Of a stretch of 64,000 bases of DNA, positions 27,930 to 41,508 are shown in pieces. Source of the DNA: Eledone cirrhosa (lineage: Eukaryota); assembly GCA_964016885.1 (NCBI GenBank), contig OZ024743.1, positions 48,732,001-48,796,000 of the forward strand, in the 5' to 3' direction. The translations under genes and the position numbers were made by a program. The notes beneath the pieces are model-generated. The model saw nothing but the letters and a program-made list of their open reading frames with translations. It had not been told where the DNA came from and made no database searches. How positions within the stretch are numbered: the stretch's first letter is position 1; every line of letters starts with the position of its first letter.

Positions 27930-28620
27930 GGTTATGTCTACCACCCTAGTATGCTAACTGAAATATCAACAATAAGCAGCTCAGGAGTGGAGATTAGGTA
28001 CCATTTCGATGGAGGACGTTTTAATCTGTTTAGACTTCGCTCACAAAGATTGACCAGTGTCACACGAATCACGAATCTGCAGTATGCAGACGATAATGCC
28101 TCCTCAGCTATGCACAAGAAAAAATACAAGTCAGTTAACTTTCAGAAGGTATAAGATCACTTTGGTTTGATCAACGTCTAGGAATCCAAAATGTTTACAC
28201 GATCTTCTAAGAAGATTTTAACATCATCATCTCGAACAGTTAGACCATTCCTCTCGATGCGGAAAACAGAGCTCTTGCTAACCGTTTTGCTTTAAGAAGA
28301 CTATCCCCTCGTGACTTCAGAAACAAAACTGAAATCAACAGACCAGACTTGTGGTGTGTAAGGTTTTAATTGTTTCAACCTTGATCTATGGATGCAAAAC
28401 ACGGACCTTCTCTACTCTCGAGACATTAGGAAATTTAGGCGCTTTCATACATGCCGTGCTGAGCGCCCATGTTCACTCACTCATCTGCTGTCGCTGAATT
28501 GTCAACTCCACCATGTGACATGGAACCAACCAATTGCCTCCATTGTTTACGCCTGGAAACTGTTGGTAGTGCGGGGAAAAGTCAAACTGTTAATATAAAT
28601 ACTCTCAAGTTCCACATTAT
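27930..28620 (+). mobile_element. Decayed RTE (BovB-like) RT fragment
   Basis: GVEIRYHFDGGRFNLFRLR...ITNLQYADD in ORF 27912-28154. Confidence 0.75.
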
Positions 28621-29105
28621 GTGTTGACTGCGTGTATACACACATACACACACACACACGTGTGTGTGTTACAATATTCGTATATGTAAAAAAAGAAAAA
28701 TGAAAGCAGTGCTCAATCGGGAAGAAAGCATAAATATTATATTACTTATGTTTATACAGGGAACAAAAGCACTACCAAAGGTTTCAAGGCCCAATGTTGA
28801 CCATATGCAAGAGGGTCAAATGTGAGACCTATCTTCAGGCACTTATACCAGTTTATAAGATACCGTTTAAAATAATGTGTGCTAAAAACGCTAGTTTACG
28901 AAAAACGTATTATAACGAAGGAGAATAACTCCAGGATGTAAATGTGAAAAGCGAGATTGTACACGTGTTAGTGTTCGTAGGCTAAAGCAGAGTATTGTAT
29001 TATGTGGTGGAATGTAATATAGAGATGGTAATATTTATTACGGTAAAGACTAAAGTAGTAAAGAAAGTGTATTGTATTATGTAAGTGTGGGAAGAGAAAG
29101 AAAAT

Positions 29106-29264
29106 ATATTACAGAAGTATATAAATCAAATTAAGGTGGTTGAATATTTCCATTTAATTAGGCATGCTTCCATCTCAAAAGCCAACTGCATGCTAAGTGG
29201 AAATACTCAACAAATTCAACTGATTTCCAACCACCTTAATTTGATTCATATACTTCCGTAATAT
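29106..29264. repeat. Imperfect fold-back element
   Basis: atattacagaagtatataaatcaaattaaggtggttg pairs with caaccaccttaatttgattcatatacttccgtaatat; there is a second internal inverted pair. Confidence 0.7.
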
Positions 29265-29431
29265 CTTTTAATCCCTCTTTCATTTCTGGAGATATGATAT
29301 ATATAAATCAGGATGGATTTGGTTTGAAACTGGTTAAACTATTACTCAACAGAGTGCTCGATACTTGGTGTATAGTTATATTATAAAGAGTTTGAGTCCC
29401 GACTTTTTATTATATATATATACATAACTTT

Positions 29432-29683
29432 TCCATATAATTTCCAACCTGTAATCTCTATTTATCCGCCACCGTTGGAGCACTGAATTAAATAACGAAT
29501 TAATACATGTTCATACATGCACGTACATGCCATACCCCACCACACAGAGAGAGAGGAACTTATGAATGAAGAATGAATGCTTAGAGCGTTCGTACGGAGT
29601 AATGTTTCCCTGGAATATATGTACAAGAAAATTGTTCCATTTCCCAATTTTTTTTCTTTTTTTCTCAAATCGCCATAGCGAGA
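29432..29683 (+). repeat. Unclassified dispersed repeat (second copy at 40072-40290)
   Basis: Shared ttccatataattt...gtaatctctattt and gaacttatgaatgaaga...aaattgttccattt...aaatcgcca blocks. Confidence 0.7.
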
Positions 29684-30429
29684 TTTGTGTGTATTTGTTA
29701 TTCATAAACGTTGTATATCTTAATGTATATTTGTGTGTGTGTGTATATATTTCTTTGATTGTGATATGGGATCATTCTGGCGCTCTCTGAACAGTCGGTG
29801 CTTCTCTGACAATAAATAGTGCTTGTATCTCTTCGTCGTTATCATTGAACCAGTCTCACTTTCTGCGAATTGCTAGTCTATAGTGTCCAAGAGCAGTAAA
29901 GTAGACAAATCTCTGAAAGTTGTCCGCTTGTCTTCAATGCTAGTATAGCCATCATGAGCTGTACCCAACAGCCTCCTATCTAGATTTTTTAAAATTCTTC
30001 TGCAATTCCGATGCTCTTTAGCATTCAATTCTGATGCTCTTTACCATTCAAACCGGCCGTAACCGGCCAGAATTCTCGCACCTCTTTCTGTTCAAGCCAA
30101 CCCTTAACTAGCCTCTCATACTGATGTTACGGTATTGTTCTCAATATAAATGATATCAAAATCTTATTGATTCAATATTATGTGAGATATTATCTAAGAT
30201 AAAGCCTTTACTGTGAAAATACAATAGTATATATAGAGCAATGTAAATGTTAAAGGGTTAGCTTGGAAAAATTGAGCCTCTTTGTAGTCTTTTGACCTTG
30301 AAGTCTTCTCATCGGCAGTATGCGGAGTTTAAACTTGAATAATATAAGTCGATAATCCGTCCAGCTGTCGGCACCACACATAGCCTTCATCACTCACAAA
30401 TTTTACTTCCGCTGACATATTCACAAACA

Positions 30430-30790
30430 GTGACAGGACAAGGTCCCAAACGTGGAGGTCCTAAAACGAACTCGCACTTACAATGTGCACACCCTCCTAG
30501 AGAAAGCCCAAGTCAGACTGATCGGTCGTGTTGTAAGGATGTCTGACAGCAGATACCGAAACAGCTACTGCATGAGAACTGAGACAGGGAAAGCACTTAG
30601 TCGTTGTTCAGAAGAAACGTTTCAAAGAATCTAAAAGGAGCCCTCAACATCAAGACTGTTTTAATGTGGCCCCTAAAAACCTCAACAATCCCAGTAGCTG
30701 GGAATCGTTTGCCTTGGATCGACTAACCTAGCGAAACTCTTTGAGGGAACACGTGCAGCAGAAACCAGTCACACCAACAGACAAACAATA
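30430..30790 (+). mobile_element. Decayed RTE 3' fragment
   Basis: DKVPNVEVLKR...KAQVRLIGRVVRMSDSR. Confidence 0.65.
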
Positions 30791-30818
30791 TTATATATGT
30801 GTGTGTGTGTATACATAC

Positions 30819-30874
<56 letters not shown>

Positions 30875-30971
30875 GTGTGAGATCCTTGGTACAGTTAGGT
30901 ATATTTGAAAAAAAGGAAAAGAATGACTTCACTTGTTCTAAATAATTTGATTTAATTTTATAATATTAAAT

Positions 30972-31186
30972 ATCCGGTGACATCATCAGGTATTCAAAAT
31001 ATAACAAAGGAATACCTTGGTCGGCCGACGGAGGTAGAAGCTGCTAAATAGTCGGTCGTCCTCCTGTCTCTGATTTTCAGCCCCATGGATTTTATCTGTT
31101 ATATTCCTTTGTTATATTTTGAATACCTGATGATGTCACCGGATTCATACTGAACCCAGTCATTGAAATGATCATGGTATAATAAA
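30972..31186. repeat. 43-bp inverted repeat (30972-31014 / 31102-31144) containing a degenerate hammerhead core
   Basis: Perfect arms include CTGATGA. The plus copy continues through an imperfect stem to GAAATGATC and AATAAA (31181). Confidence 0.65.
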
Positions 31187-31370
31187 CCTTTCAAGGGTTT
31201 ATACCAGTCCAGCCTCCTGTTATTTTATAATAATTAACTCCGTACTCGCACCACCAACTACACTAACGAAGGCGAGTGAGTTGCATTACGTTAAGTACTC
31301 TCCATAATATTACGTCGAGGTTGACCATACGGAATGACCAGTTCTATCCAGTGGTGAACCAACAGACCTA

Positions 31371-32907
<1,537 letters not shown>

Positions 32908-32943
32908 AATATACATGGGTGTGTATGATTGTGTATAGAAGAT

Positions 32944-33324
32944 TATATTAATAAAAGGAATTCCAACTTTGTCTGATTTACTCGTTTTATTTACAATCCT
33001 TTAAAATTATAATGATATTATAATGAAATAGTATGGTAGAATATTAAATGTTAAATGTTAATTGAACAAGTACTTTCATGCTTTCACAATCTTCAGGTTC
33101 ATATTCTGTGGTGACAGTCAAGTTTGCAATTTTCAACAGTTGAAAATTGCAAACTTGACTGTCACCACAGAATATGAACCTGAAGATTGTGAAAGCATGA
33201 AAGTACTTGTTCAATTAACATTTAACATTTAATATTCTACCATACTATTTCATTATAATATCATTATAATTTTAAAGGATTGTAAATAAAACGAGTAAAT
33301 CAGACAAAGTTGGAATTCCTTTTA

Positions 33325-33332
<8 letters not shown>
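32944..33332. repeat. Perfect 389-bp palindrome (194-bp arms, 1-nt centre at 33138)
   Basis: Arms are exact reverse complements by inspection; the right end runs into (TA)n. Confidence 0.93.
33175..33213 (+). ncRNA. Minimal type-I hammerhead motif (mirror copy on minus strand at 33063-33101)
   Basis: TGAAC-CTGAAGA-T-TGT(GAAA)GCA-T-GAAA-GTAC-TT-GTTCA: 5-bp stem I, GAAA-capped stem II and palindromic AGTACT stem III. Confidence 0.7.
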
Positions 33333-33369
<37 letters not shown>

Positions 33370-33372
<3 letters not shown>

Positions 33373-34262
33373 ATCATCGTAGTGGACTATTGTATGCGCC
33401 TTGCACTGGAGAAACACCAGGACTCTGGCTTTACTGTAGCACCGGCTCAGAGCAGGAGAGTTGGGGCGAAAAAGGTATCGGATGCTGAATTTGCCGACGA
33501 CATAGTTTTGGTGACAAATACAGTGAAGGAGGCAGAGGATTTGATGCGGGAGGTTGAGACTGTGTCGATGAGTGTGGGGCTGAGAATGAATGAGACTAAA
33601 ACAAAATATCTGGTAGAGAATGTTGAGAAGCCAGAGGGGATCACTAATGTAGGCGGGAAGCCGCTGGAATTGGTTGAGGACTTCCTGTATTTGGGAGCAA
33701 AGATTGGGAATACGGAAGATGATGTGGTTGAGAGGAAGAGCAAGGCCTGGGCGGCGTGCCACAGCTTGAGATCGGTGTGGAAGTCGGACCTTCGTAGAGA
33801 CCTGAAAATCCGCCTCTTCATTGCTGTAGTGGAGTCTGTGCTGCTGTGTGGGTCTGAGACTTGGACACTGACCAAGAGACTCACTCAGATGGTGGATGGG
33901 TGCTACACGAGAATGCTGAGGATGGCTCTGAACATTAATCAGTATACACTGAGGATGAAAAACTCAGAGCTGTATGGGAGCCTCCCAAAAGTCAGCTCAA
34001 AAGTGACACAGAGGAGACTGAGGTTGGCTGGACATGCTCACCGACATCCAGAGTTGACATTGCACTCAGTGCTCCTTTGGGAGCCCCTACATGGACACAC
34101 TGGAAGAGGAAGACCAAGGTTAACATATGTTGATGCCCTAAGGACAGACACTGGTCTGTTGGAGACGCAGGACATGGCAGCGATAATGAGGGACAGAGAC
34201 CGCTGGAGAGAACTCGTCCATGGATCTCGGGAATTTTACCCGCCTTAGATAGATAGATAGAT
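33370..34262 (+). mobile_element. Young 5'-truncated RTE-like LINE with open RT ORF and (AGAT)n tail
   Basis: FIIVVDY...EFADD...KTK...FLYLG...GSETW...RLAGH...GRPR, uninterrupted to the stop at 34248; tagatagatag tail; inserted in (TA)n. Confidence 0.9.
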
Positions 34263-34270
34263 ATATATAT

Positions 34271-34410
34271 AAGTGGTTACACAACAGTTAGTTCACCATA
34301 CTGAGAACAATTGTTTGTTTCGTCTTAGCGGATCCTCAGCTCGTAATGAGGATCCGCTAAGGTGAAACAATTGTTCTCGCTATGGTGAACTAACTGTTGT
34401 GTAACCACTT
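34271..34410. repeat. Near-perfect 140-bp fold-back with hammerhead motif
   Basis: aagtggttacacaacagttagttcaccata ... tatggtgaactaactgttgtgtaaccactt. Arm consensus CGAG-CTGAGGA-TCCGCTAAGGT-GAAAC-AATT-GTT-CTCG. Confidence 0.75.
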
Positions 34411-34474
34411 CTACCAAACTCGTCCCATGGACTGAGTGCTCTACCACTACGGATATTACCTTCCAGTGATCTAC

Positions 34475-34512
<38 letters not shown>

Positions 34513-34566
34513 CGTTTCTGAATTTGTTTAGCAAGATTCTTTATCTGAAATCGTGTGTTGAAACCG

Positions 34567-34998
34567 ATATTGTTACACTTTGGGAGGGTCATGCTGCCAA
34601 TAAGAAACACACGCACCAGTTGCTTTCACTTCAATTTAATTTATTAAATATTTATAAATTTACAAATTTATAAATTTCTGGTTGGTTGGTTGGTTCCACA
34701 ACCAGATAGTTGTTTATATATATATAGTCATAGTTCTTTCGTCACACAAAATGGCGTAGGATAGAAGAAAGGAAAGGCACAGAAACGAAGAAAGAAATCC
34801 CCAGTCACTGAAGAGGTCACAGAGTGTGTGACGAAAGAACTATGACTATATATATATAAACAACTATCTGGTTGTGGAACCAACCAACCAACCAGAAATT
34901 TATAAATTTGTAAATTTATAAATATTTAATAAATTAAATTGAAGTGAAAGCAACTGGTGCGTGTGTTTCTTATTGGCAGCATGACCCTCCCAAAGTGT

Positions 34999-35006
<8 letters not shown>
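34567..35006. mobile_element. Fold-back element: 182-bp perfect arms with a 76-bp spacer, Penelope pseudo-LTR-like
   Basis: 34567-34748 is the reverse complement of 34825-35006. Ends in (TA)n. Homologous copy at 41509-41840. Confidence 0.85.
34803..34847 (+). ncRNA. Minimal type-I hammerhead ribozyme
   Basis: AGTCA-CTGAAGA-G-GTCACA(GAGTG)TGTGAC-GAAA-GAAC-TA-TGACT: 5-bp stem I, 6-bp stem II, 2-bp stem III and CUA site. Confidence 0.8.
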
Positions 35007-35039
<33 letters not shown>

Positions 35040-35043
<4 letters not shown>

Positions 35044-37390
35044 CAGGCAGACAGACATGATGGCTGCAAACTCTGCTAAAAGTATTGCAATCGCTTATCA
35101 GATTCAGATGTGTGATGCTCGGATATGGCTTTTCAAGCCTGCTAGAGACTTGCACCCCTTCGCATATTGACGACAACTATGAATTTCACTGGCCTCAGGT
35201 CTTGCATCAGGTTTCCTGTGAACCTTCACAGTACCGTGGAGATCATAGTTCACTGGTTCTCTTTGAATATGGCTACGACTGTGGCTTCTGAGATCAGATT
35301 TGCTCAAGCAAATTTTTCCACACTCAGGCACTTCAATTCAATGGAGACACCGATCGTTTCGAGAGATACATCAAGCCATAGGTTACGCACATCCCATTTG
35401 ATCAGCTCGTGCTCTATGCGTCTGTCCTCAAAATTATAGACCCCATCATTCACCATTCCACGCCAAGTTTCTCTTTCAAGAGCTTCTATCTCCCTGTCAG
35501 CCACCATCAAACCAGTTTTTTTCAATGAGTCCTTTACACAATCCTTGAATCGGAGCTTTGGCTTGTGAGGTGGTCTCTTGCCTTTACAAAGCTCGCCATA
35601 CAAAAGTTGTTCCGGGTTTCGATCATCCTCCATTCTGCACAGGTGACCAATCCATCGCAAACGTCGTTGGTGGATGATACTCTCACTATTCCGACACTTA
35701 TCTCAAGCACCTACTAACACGCAGACCAGCCTCTGTATCCAGAGAGCAGGTTACACTCAGAGTACTCTCCAAATACACAAATCTGTCAGCAACCTTCAGC
35801 TTTTGATCGTATACATATATGGAAGGTTCATAGAAAACTTTATCCGGAGCAAGTTGGTACATGACGACAGTCTTCTTCAGACTGATTGTCAGTCCCAAAG
35901 CACTGCACGCATTGGAAAAAGAATCCATAGGGTGTTGCATGTCACTCTGGGAATGTGCAAAGAGATCACAATCATCTGCATACAGAAATTCTCTGATTAA
36001 GGTACTCAGTACCTTAGTGTTGGCAGTGAGACGCCTGAAGTCGAAAAGCTTGCCAGAAGTGCGATATCTGAGATAGATACCGTGTTGACAATCCTTGAAT
36101 GCCATGATGAACACCATTGTGAAATACAAGGCAAAGTTGGTGCAGGTATATCACCTTGCTTGACACCAATTTCAACCGAGATTGGCTCAGACAGTTAACC
36201 TCTGATATTTACCCATGCCCGCATGTCATCGTGGAAGAGCTTGAGTATGTTCGCAAACTTTTCAGGACAGCCCAACCTCTCCAAAATAACCCACAAAGCC
36301 TTCCGATTTGCGGTGTCAAATGCCTTGGTCAGATCGACAAAAACTTGGTTTAAGTCCATGCGGTGCTCAATGCATTTCTCTTAAAGTTGTTTGGCCCAGA
36401 AGACCATGTCAACAGTGTCTCTGCCATTCCTAAAGTCACATTGGGACTCAGGAAGTATCTCAACAACAATGTGCTGTAACAATCTGTTCAACAAAATCCT
36501 GCACAAGATCTTTTCAGCCACAGATAGCAATTAAATACCTCTGTAGTTGCCACAGTCATCTTTGGCTTCCTTTCCTTTGTAAAGTACCATCAATGCATCT
36601 TTCCAGTCCTGCGGTACATCTTCTTCATTCCAAATATTCACAAAGAGATCAGTAAGGCGGTTTAAGAAGTTATCACCAGCACACTTGAAGATTTCGGCAC
36701 ACAGTCCATCCATTTCAGGTGACTTGCCACTGTTTAATTTGGCAATGGCCTTCGCCACCTCATCAAATGAAGGAGGATCAGCCATTGCCAGCTTTGTAAG
36801 TCAGGATGGAATCGACCGGATGAACTCATCACTGATTTCTGATGGTCTGTTGAGGAGCTCATCAAAGTGGTCATGCCACCTGATCAGCATTTCCTTCGGA
36901 TCTCTGAGCAATTCCTTGTCGTCTTTGGAGCGAAGTGGTGATATTTGTGGACCGGTTGGACCATACACCACCCTGAGCTGATTGTATAAGAGCTTTGTAT
37001 TATGTCTACCTGAGGCTTTCTGGATTTCATCAGCCTTTTTTCTCCACCAGATATCTTGCATGGACAATGTCCATGGACTCTCATGGACATTATCCGATCA
37101 TTGAATCCACAAGGAAGATTTTCCAGCTTTGAGACGATTCCATTGCCGACAGCAAATGTGACCCCGGCCTCTCTCTTACAACCCTCTTATCTACCACTCC
37201 AATAGAAAGTATATCTTCCCTTCTGTTCTGTGAATTGACCCTCACCTGCTAATCTCGTTTTTGAAAGTGCAATGATGTCCATGTTATAACGATTGAGTTC
37301 CCTCGACAACAAAGCAGATCTTCTTTCAAGGCGAATTTCACTGGGTTGGAAATCAAGTGAAGTTCTTACATTCCAGCATCTAATAGTCAA
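35040..37390 (-). mobile_element. Fragmented, near full-span RTE-BovB-like LINE (APE start, RT, C-terminal C2H2 fingers); probable 5' UTR continues to ~38010
   Basis: WNVRTS...DIIALSKTRL.GEGQ; PPSFDEVAKAI..L.SGKSP...NYRGI; FLYADD; RWIGHLCRM...QLLYGEL; CGKICLSKSDLRSHSRSH; (TCTG)n tail. Confidence 0.9.
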
Positions 37391-38109
37391 TACATACATA
37401 CGATCATATGTACACATACATACATTCAAACATACATACATACATGGTGGATGCCAACTCGTTTTCGAGTACGGCCACTACTTTATAACCATGTATGAGA
37501 ACCCCTACCGATGCGCTGAACGAGTGTGACGTTTTAGTCCAGCCAGTGATTTGAAAATTCTGGTACAAACACTACACTTGTGACAATTATTGACACATAG
37601 TGCTGGGCCCATGGTACCATGTGACGACAAGTGCAGAGAGATCTCCAGATATAAAGCAATGCCTGTGCCGTGAAGCTTTTATAGTGAGCAAAGGCACTGC
37701 ACAAAGCCAGTCCCACTCTCTTAACCAAGATGATATTTACCAAAAAGAAGAACAAGTCAACATCATTGGATACCATCAGGGTTGCAGGTGTTATATCAGA
37801 GTTTTCCTTCTCCTAGAATTCTGCATTGACAAAGGCTAAGGGGTCATCTCTCCCGGCGACTAAACTGGCAACCCCATCATCTCGTTGGCGACTAAACTGG
37901 CAACCCCACCAAGGTTTCTTGGTGAGGAGGGTGACTTTGGACATCCTGCAGGACTAAAAACAAAACCTGTCAAAGGACAAGGGAGCTCTTGAGAGTCAAT
38001 GGCCATCCAAAATCACATACATACATACATACATACACACATACATACATACATACATACATACATACATACATACATACATACATACATACATACATAC
38101 ATACATACA

Positions 38110-38460
38110 TACATGATGGCTGCAACTCGATTTCGAGTAATGCCATCGCTTGATACTTAAGCATGAGCATCATGGACGTGGCTTTTTAGTCCTGCAAGTA
38201 TTTGCATATAGCCAGCAATACCATGCATTGCAAAGAATATTACATATCAAGCGATGCTCGTGCTTCAAGCTATTTTTAAGTGAGGAAAGGTTTTGTACAG
38301 GGCCAATCCCAGTCTCTGAACATCCAAAAAGAAGAACTGGTCTATATCATTGGATATAAACGAAGTCACAGGTGACCTTCTCCCGGAGATGTTTTAATGG
38401 AGACTAGGAGTCTCTAGCTCCACAAAAAGAAAATTGGATGGTCGTTGCCTCTCCTGAGTT
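38110..38460 (-). mobile_element. LINE 3' fragment with long (ATGT)n tail (38015-38112)
   Basis: Terminal ccattactcgaaatcgagttgcagccatc motif, also present at 37445-37480, each followed by (ATGT)n. Confidence 0.55.
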
Positions 38461-38609
38461 ACATACATAATACATACATACATACATACATACATACATA
38501 CATACATACATACATACATACATACATACATAATCTGGTCACAGATCCTTCCTGACACTGTGACCAGATTATGTATGTATGTATGTATTATGTATGATAT
38601 ATATCTCAT

Positions 38610-39190
38610 TTGTTTTTTCTACACTACTGTACTCTTCTGAAATTTGGACAATATACAGGCGTCATGTAAAAATATTGAAAAGATTTCAACAGAAATGCCT
38701 CAGCCAAATACTCAGAATAAGCTGGTCCTCACTCCTTCCTGACACTGAGGTTCTCGCTGAAACTAGGATTACATCAATCCAAGGAATTAACTACGATGGA
38801 CAGGCCATCTCAACCGTATGGATGATTGGCGTATTCCCAAGGAAATGTTTTATGGTGAGAAAGAGAAAAAAGTAAGTCAAAGAAAAGATACAAATACTCT
38901 TTAATGTCAAATTTGAAATGTCTTAAAATATGTTACAAAAGTTTTGAATCACTTGCGACGGATAAGGAAGCATGGTGAGCTATGAATTGGAGCTAAATTG
39001 TAGATTTTGAGCTTGACAAATTTACGAATTCTGAAACGAAAAGAAAAGTTCGTAAAAATGAGATTAATAGCAATAGCGTTGGGAGTGATTCTCATTCTTT
39101 CTTTAATTGTTCCTTATGCACAAAAGTATGCATATCTCACGCTTGTCTGAGATCACATCCGCGAGCACATATAAACTATAATAAAGTAAG
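38610..39190 (+). mobile_element. Decayed RTE 3' fragment
   Basis: STLLYSSEIWTIYRRHVKILKRFQQKCLSQILRISW and a terminal CSLCTKVC...LRSH finger. Confidence 0.8.
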
Positions 39191-39684
39191 GAGTGCGGGA
39201 CTGCGTCCAGAATATTATTTTTTATTTTTTATCCAGTTTGTAAAATAAGTTGGATTACTTTGAATAAATAATTGTTTCTACTTTGAATAAATAATGAATG
39301 AATATTACATAATGTATCTACTAAATTTCGTTATTCTTGATTAAATATAAATAATGTTGTTGCTTATTTTAAGATTCCCTTCTTTAAAATTTTCAAATGT
39401 CAACACTTCCGGTTAGCGATCGCTTAAATAAACATTCATATATTTCCGTCACTAATTTTCTCCTAATGCAGTTTATATATAATATCGTCTTTTTTTAATG
39501 TATCATGGATTACATTACTGATTACATAAGACAGTGTCTTCATTCAATTTCTGTGTATATTGTCAATTACGATTTTATTTGATGTATCATATCTGCATGC
39601 ATATATACTTGCGTATAATATCAATATGCACACTACACATGCTAGCAGAAAACCAGATTTACACACTACACATGCGAGCAGAAA

Positions 39685-40050
39685 GAGGGTCGTGAGGGCA
39701 AAACCCTCACACAATCCTTCCAGTGGGTCCTGTCAGAAGCAACCGTCTCCAATTGGATCCCCAAGTGAGACCAGCCAAGCTGCCGGTTGGTTTTGCCTGT
39801 AAAATCTCTCCAGCGATTCTTTCCTGAGATATTCTAACCACATGCCCTTAGTATCGGAGCTATGATCTCTCAATTCGGAGAAGTAGCGGCTCAACCTGGA
39901 GTGACTCTCTTATCTCTGAGCTATACACTCTATTAAGTAATGTTACTCCAAAGACCCTTCGGAGGAACCCCATTTTGGCCGCTTGTATTCGCGATCGTAT
40001 TCTTTCGGCCATAACCCAAGATTTATGACCATAGATAAGGGTTGGCACGA
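39685..40050 (-). mobile_element. RTE-like 3' fragment; inverted partner at 40593-40880 (+)
   Basis: PTLIYGHKSWVM...FLRRVFGVTLLNRV; the plus copy reads RKVFGVTLLDRVLSSEIRE. Confidence 0.75.
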
Positions 40051-40309
40051 ATACCGAATACCGATGATCTATTCCATATAATTTGCAGCATGTAATCTCT
40101 ATTTTTCCGCCAACCTTTGAACGCTAAAAATATTCTTTCTCCCCCCACCCCCTCCTCACGAACTTATGAATGAAGAAGGAATGCTTAGAGGATTCGTACG
40201 AGGTAACGTTTTTCTTGGAATATACGTACATGAAAATTGTTCCATTTTCCAATTTCTTTCCTTTTTTTTCTGAAATCGCCACAACGAGACTGATGTCTGT
40301 TATACTTAA

Positions 40310-40465
40310 ACGTTGTATATACTTTCATATACACCGTTGTATATACTTTCATATACACTGTCGTATATATTTTCATATACACCGTTGTCTATACTTTGAT
40401 ATACACCGTTGTATATACTTTGATATACACCGTTGTATATACCTTTATATACAACGGTGTATATG
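40310..40465. repeat. 22-bp minisatellite (about 6 units) ending in an inverted unit
   Basis: cgttgtatatactttcatatacac-type units, terminating in tatatacaacggtgtatatgaa. Confidence 0.8.
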
Positions 40466-41074
40466 AAGGCAGTAGCTTGTCTTAGCCACAAAAGAAAAGA
40501 AATAAAAAAGAAAAAGGACGAGATGACCGAAACTCGCGGCGCTTCGTGCAGCAGCTATTCAACCTCGTTCGCGAATACAAGCAGCCGAGAAGGGGTTCAC
40601 CGAAAGGTCTTTGGAGTAACGTTACTGGATAGAGTGCTTAGCTCAGAAATCAGAGAGTTGAATCAGAATTGTGGTTAGAATGTCTCGGAAAAGAACTGCT
40701 GGTCAGATTTTACGGGCAAAACCAGCCGGCGGTTGACCTCGAACAAGATGATTAGATAACGTCCGTGAAATCGGCTGGTCTCTCTTGAGAAACAATTGCA
40801 GATGGTTGCTTCTGACAGGCCCACTGGAAGGCGTGCTTGGGGACTCTGTCCTCACGGCCCTCCCAAGAAGAAGATGAAGAAGCTGTTGCTGCTTTCGCCG
40901 TATTTTGACGACAGAAAATAGTCTAATAACAGAGCAGGTAGACTTATACAGCATTCTCACACGACTCAACTACAATAGATTGACAGCATGTTGGACGCCA
41001 ACGAGAGTACTGAATCTTAAGTTAGTGCCTAGATAGTCAGTGATCATGCGCTGGGTTCAACTGTCCTTTTGTCC

Positions 41075-41275
41075 GGCAGTATCGGTATGGCGTCGGACAA
41101 CATGCGTTGAGTTACGGCCCTTTATGATCTGAGTTCAATTCCCGCCGAGGTTAACTTTGCCTTTCATCCTTACGGGGTCGATAAAATAAAGTACCAGTCA
41201 CGCACTGGGTAGATTTAATCGACCTTCCCCTCCCCCAAAATTGGTGGCCATGTGCCTATATAAGTAACCATTATT
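41075..41275 (+). mobile_element. tRNA-derived SINE
   Basis: Same family B-box, central domain and tail. Confidence 0.75.
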
Positions 41276-41508
41276 TTTGTCCGGCAGTTTTTTGGGGGGA
41301 GAGGGGGTCCTAACAAACCTCCTTACAAACTAGGCACGGCGGAGAAGCCGGTTTAGTCGCCGACGACAGTTATGCAACAGATTGGTCATTGATAGTGCTC
41401 ACAGAGTGACTTGACCTTCTTATGTATATTGAGACAGTAGTACTAGTAGTTTAGCTCTAGTTCAGCCTTGCCAAAAGTATATCGGTCGTTTATATATATA
41501 TATATATA

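Noticed and set aside
28690-28870. Possible second GIY-YIG remnant (PYARGS)
   Set aside because: Too degenerate to support.
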